Shown: piece by piece, positions 61,466 to 64,000 of the stretch | How the letters are laid out: every line of letters starts with the position of its first letter | Position numbering within the stretch: the first letter of the stretch is position 1 | NCBI GenBank assembly: GCA_036274295.1 | Contig: DASUFZ010000043.1 | Coordinates: 1,820-65,819 of the forward strand | Direction: 5' to 3' | DNA length: 64,000 nt | Source: Myxococcota bacterium | Lineage (GTDB): Bacteria > Myxococcota_A > UBA9160 > SMWR01 | Translations under genes and position numbers: made by a program | The notes under the pieces: generated by a model | Seen by the model: only the letters and a program-made list of their open reading frames with translations | Database searches by the model: none | Told to the model about the DNA's origin: nothing

Positions 61466-64000
<2,535 letters not shown>

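Overview
This is a very GC-rich bacterial chromosomal window. Third codon positions are almost all G/C, so every frame and both strands throw long spurious Arg/Ala/Gly/Pro-rich ORFs. I separated real genes from these shadow ORFs by recognisable protein families and by start/stop geometry. No homology search was run, so family names rest on motifs I read in the translations.

I call 51 protein genes, one 5S rRNA and the 3' ~2.5 kb of a 23S rRNA. I found no tRNA, CRISPR array, transposase, integrase or phage genes.

Most of the window is core housekeeping:
- Purine genes: purQ-purL-purF plus a coupled glutamine-synthetase-family gene, with purC divergent. purB-purS and purE lie elsewhere in the window.
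- An 18-kb run of genes all on the minus strand: NtrY/NtrX-like two-component pair, pyrK-pyrD, rimP-nusA-infB-DUF503-rbfA-truB-rpsO-pnp-dut-cdsA-purB-purS.
- yebC-ruvC-ruvA-ruvB, lpxC, aroE, a family-4 UDG, and an rplX-rpmG-ferredoxin string.

A signalling layer sits between these genes. Its content looks Myxococcota-like, which is an inference from gene content only:
- A PilZ-PilZ-DUF4388 protein and an FHA protein.
- A CHASE2 class-III nucleotide cyclase with a DUF928 neighbour.
- A repeat-rich membrane Ser/Thr kinase.
- An atypical Hsp70 with a J-protein partner.
- A ~2,400-aa all-TPR protein, translationally coupled to a small PilZ protein. It lies divergent from the sigma54-type two-component pair, with a -24/-12-like box in between.

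The TPR/PilZ/two-component locus is my best candidate for an undescribed system.

Other items worth a second look:
- A ~110-nt structured element, present twice, each copy exactly at the 3' end of a minus-strand operon.
- Four GTGACG/CGTCAC hexamers phased at exactly 10 bp upstream of lpxC.
- A hairpin plus T8 terminator in the rimP-nusA leader.
- A lipoprotein that fuses two thioredoxin folds to eight CxxCH haems.
- Extreme gene packing: 4-nt start/stop overlaps on the same strand, and convergent genes whose stop codons overlap.
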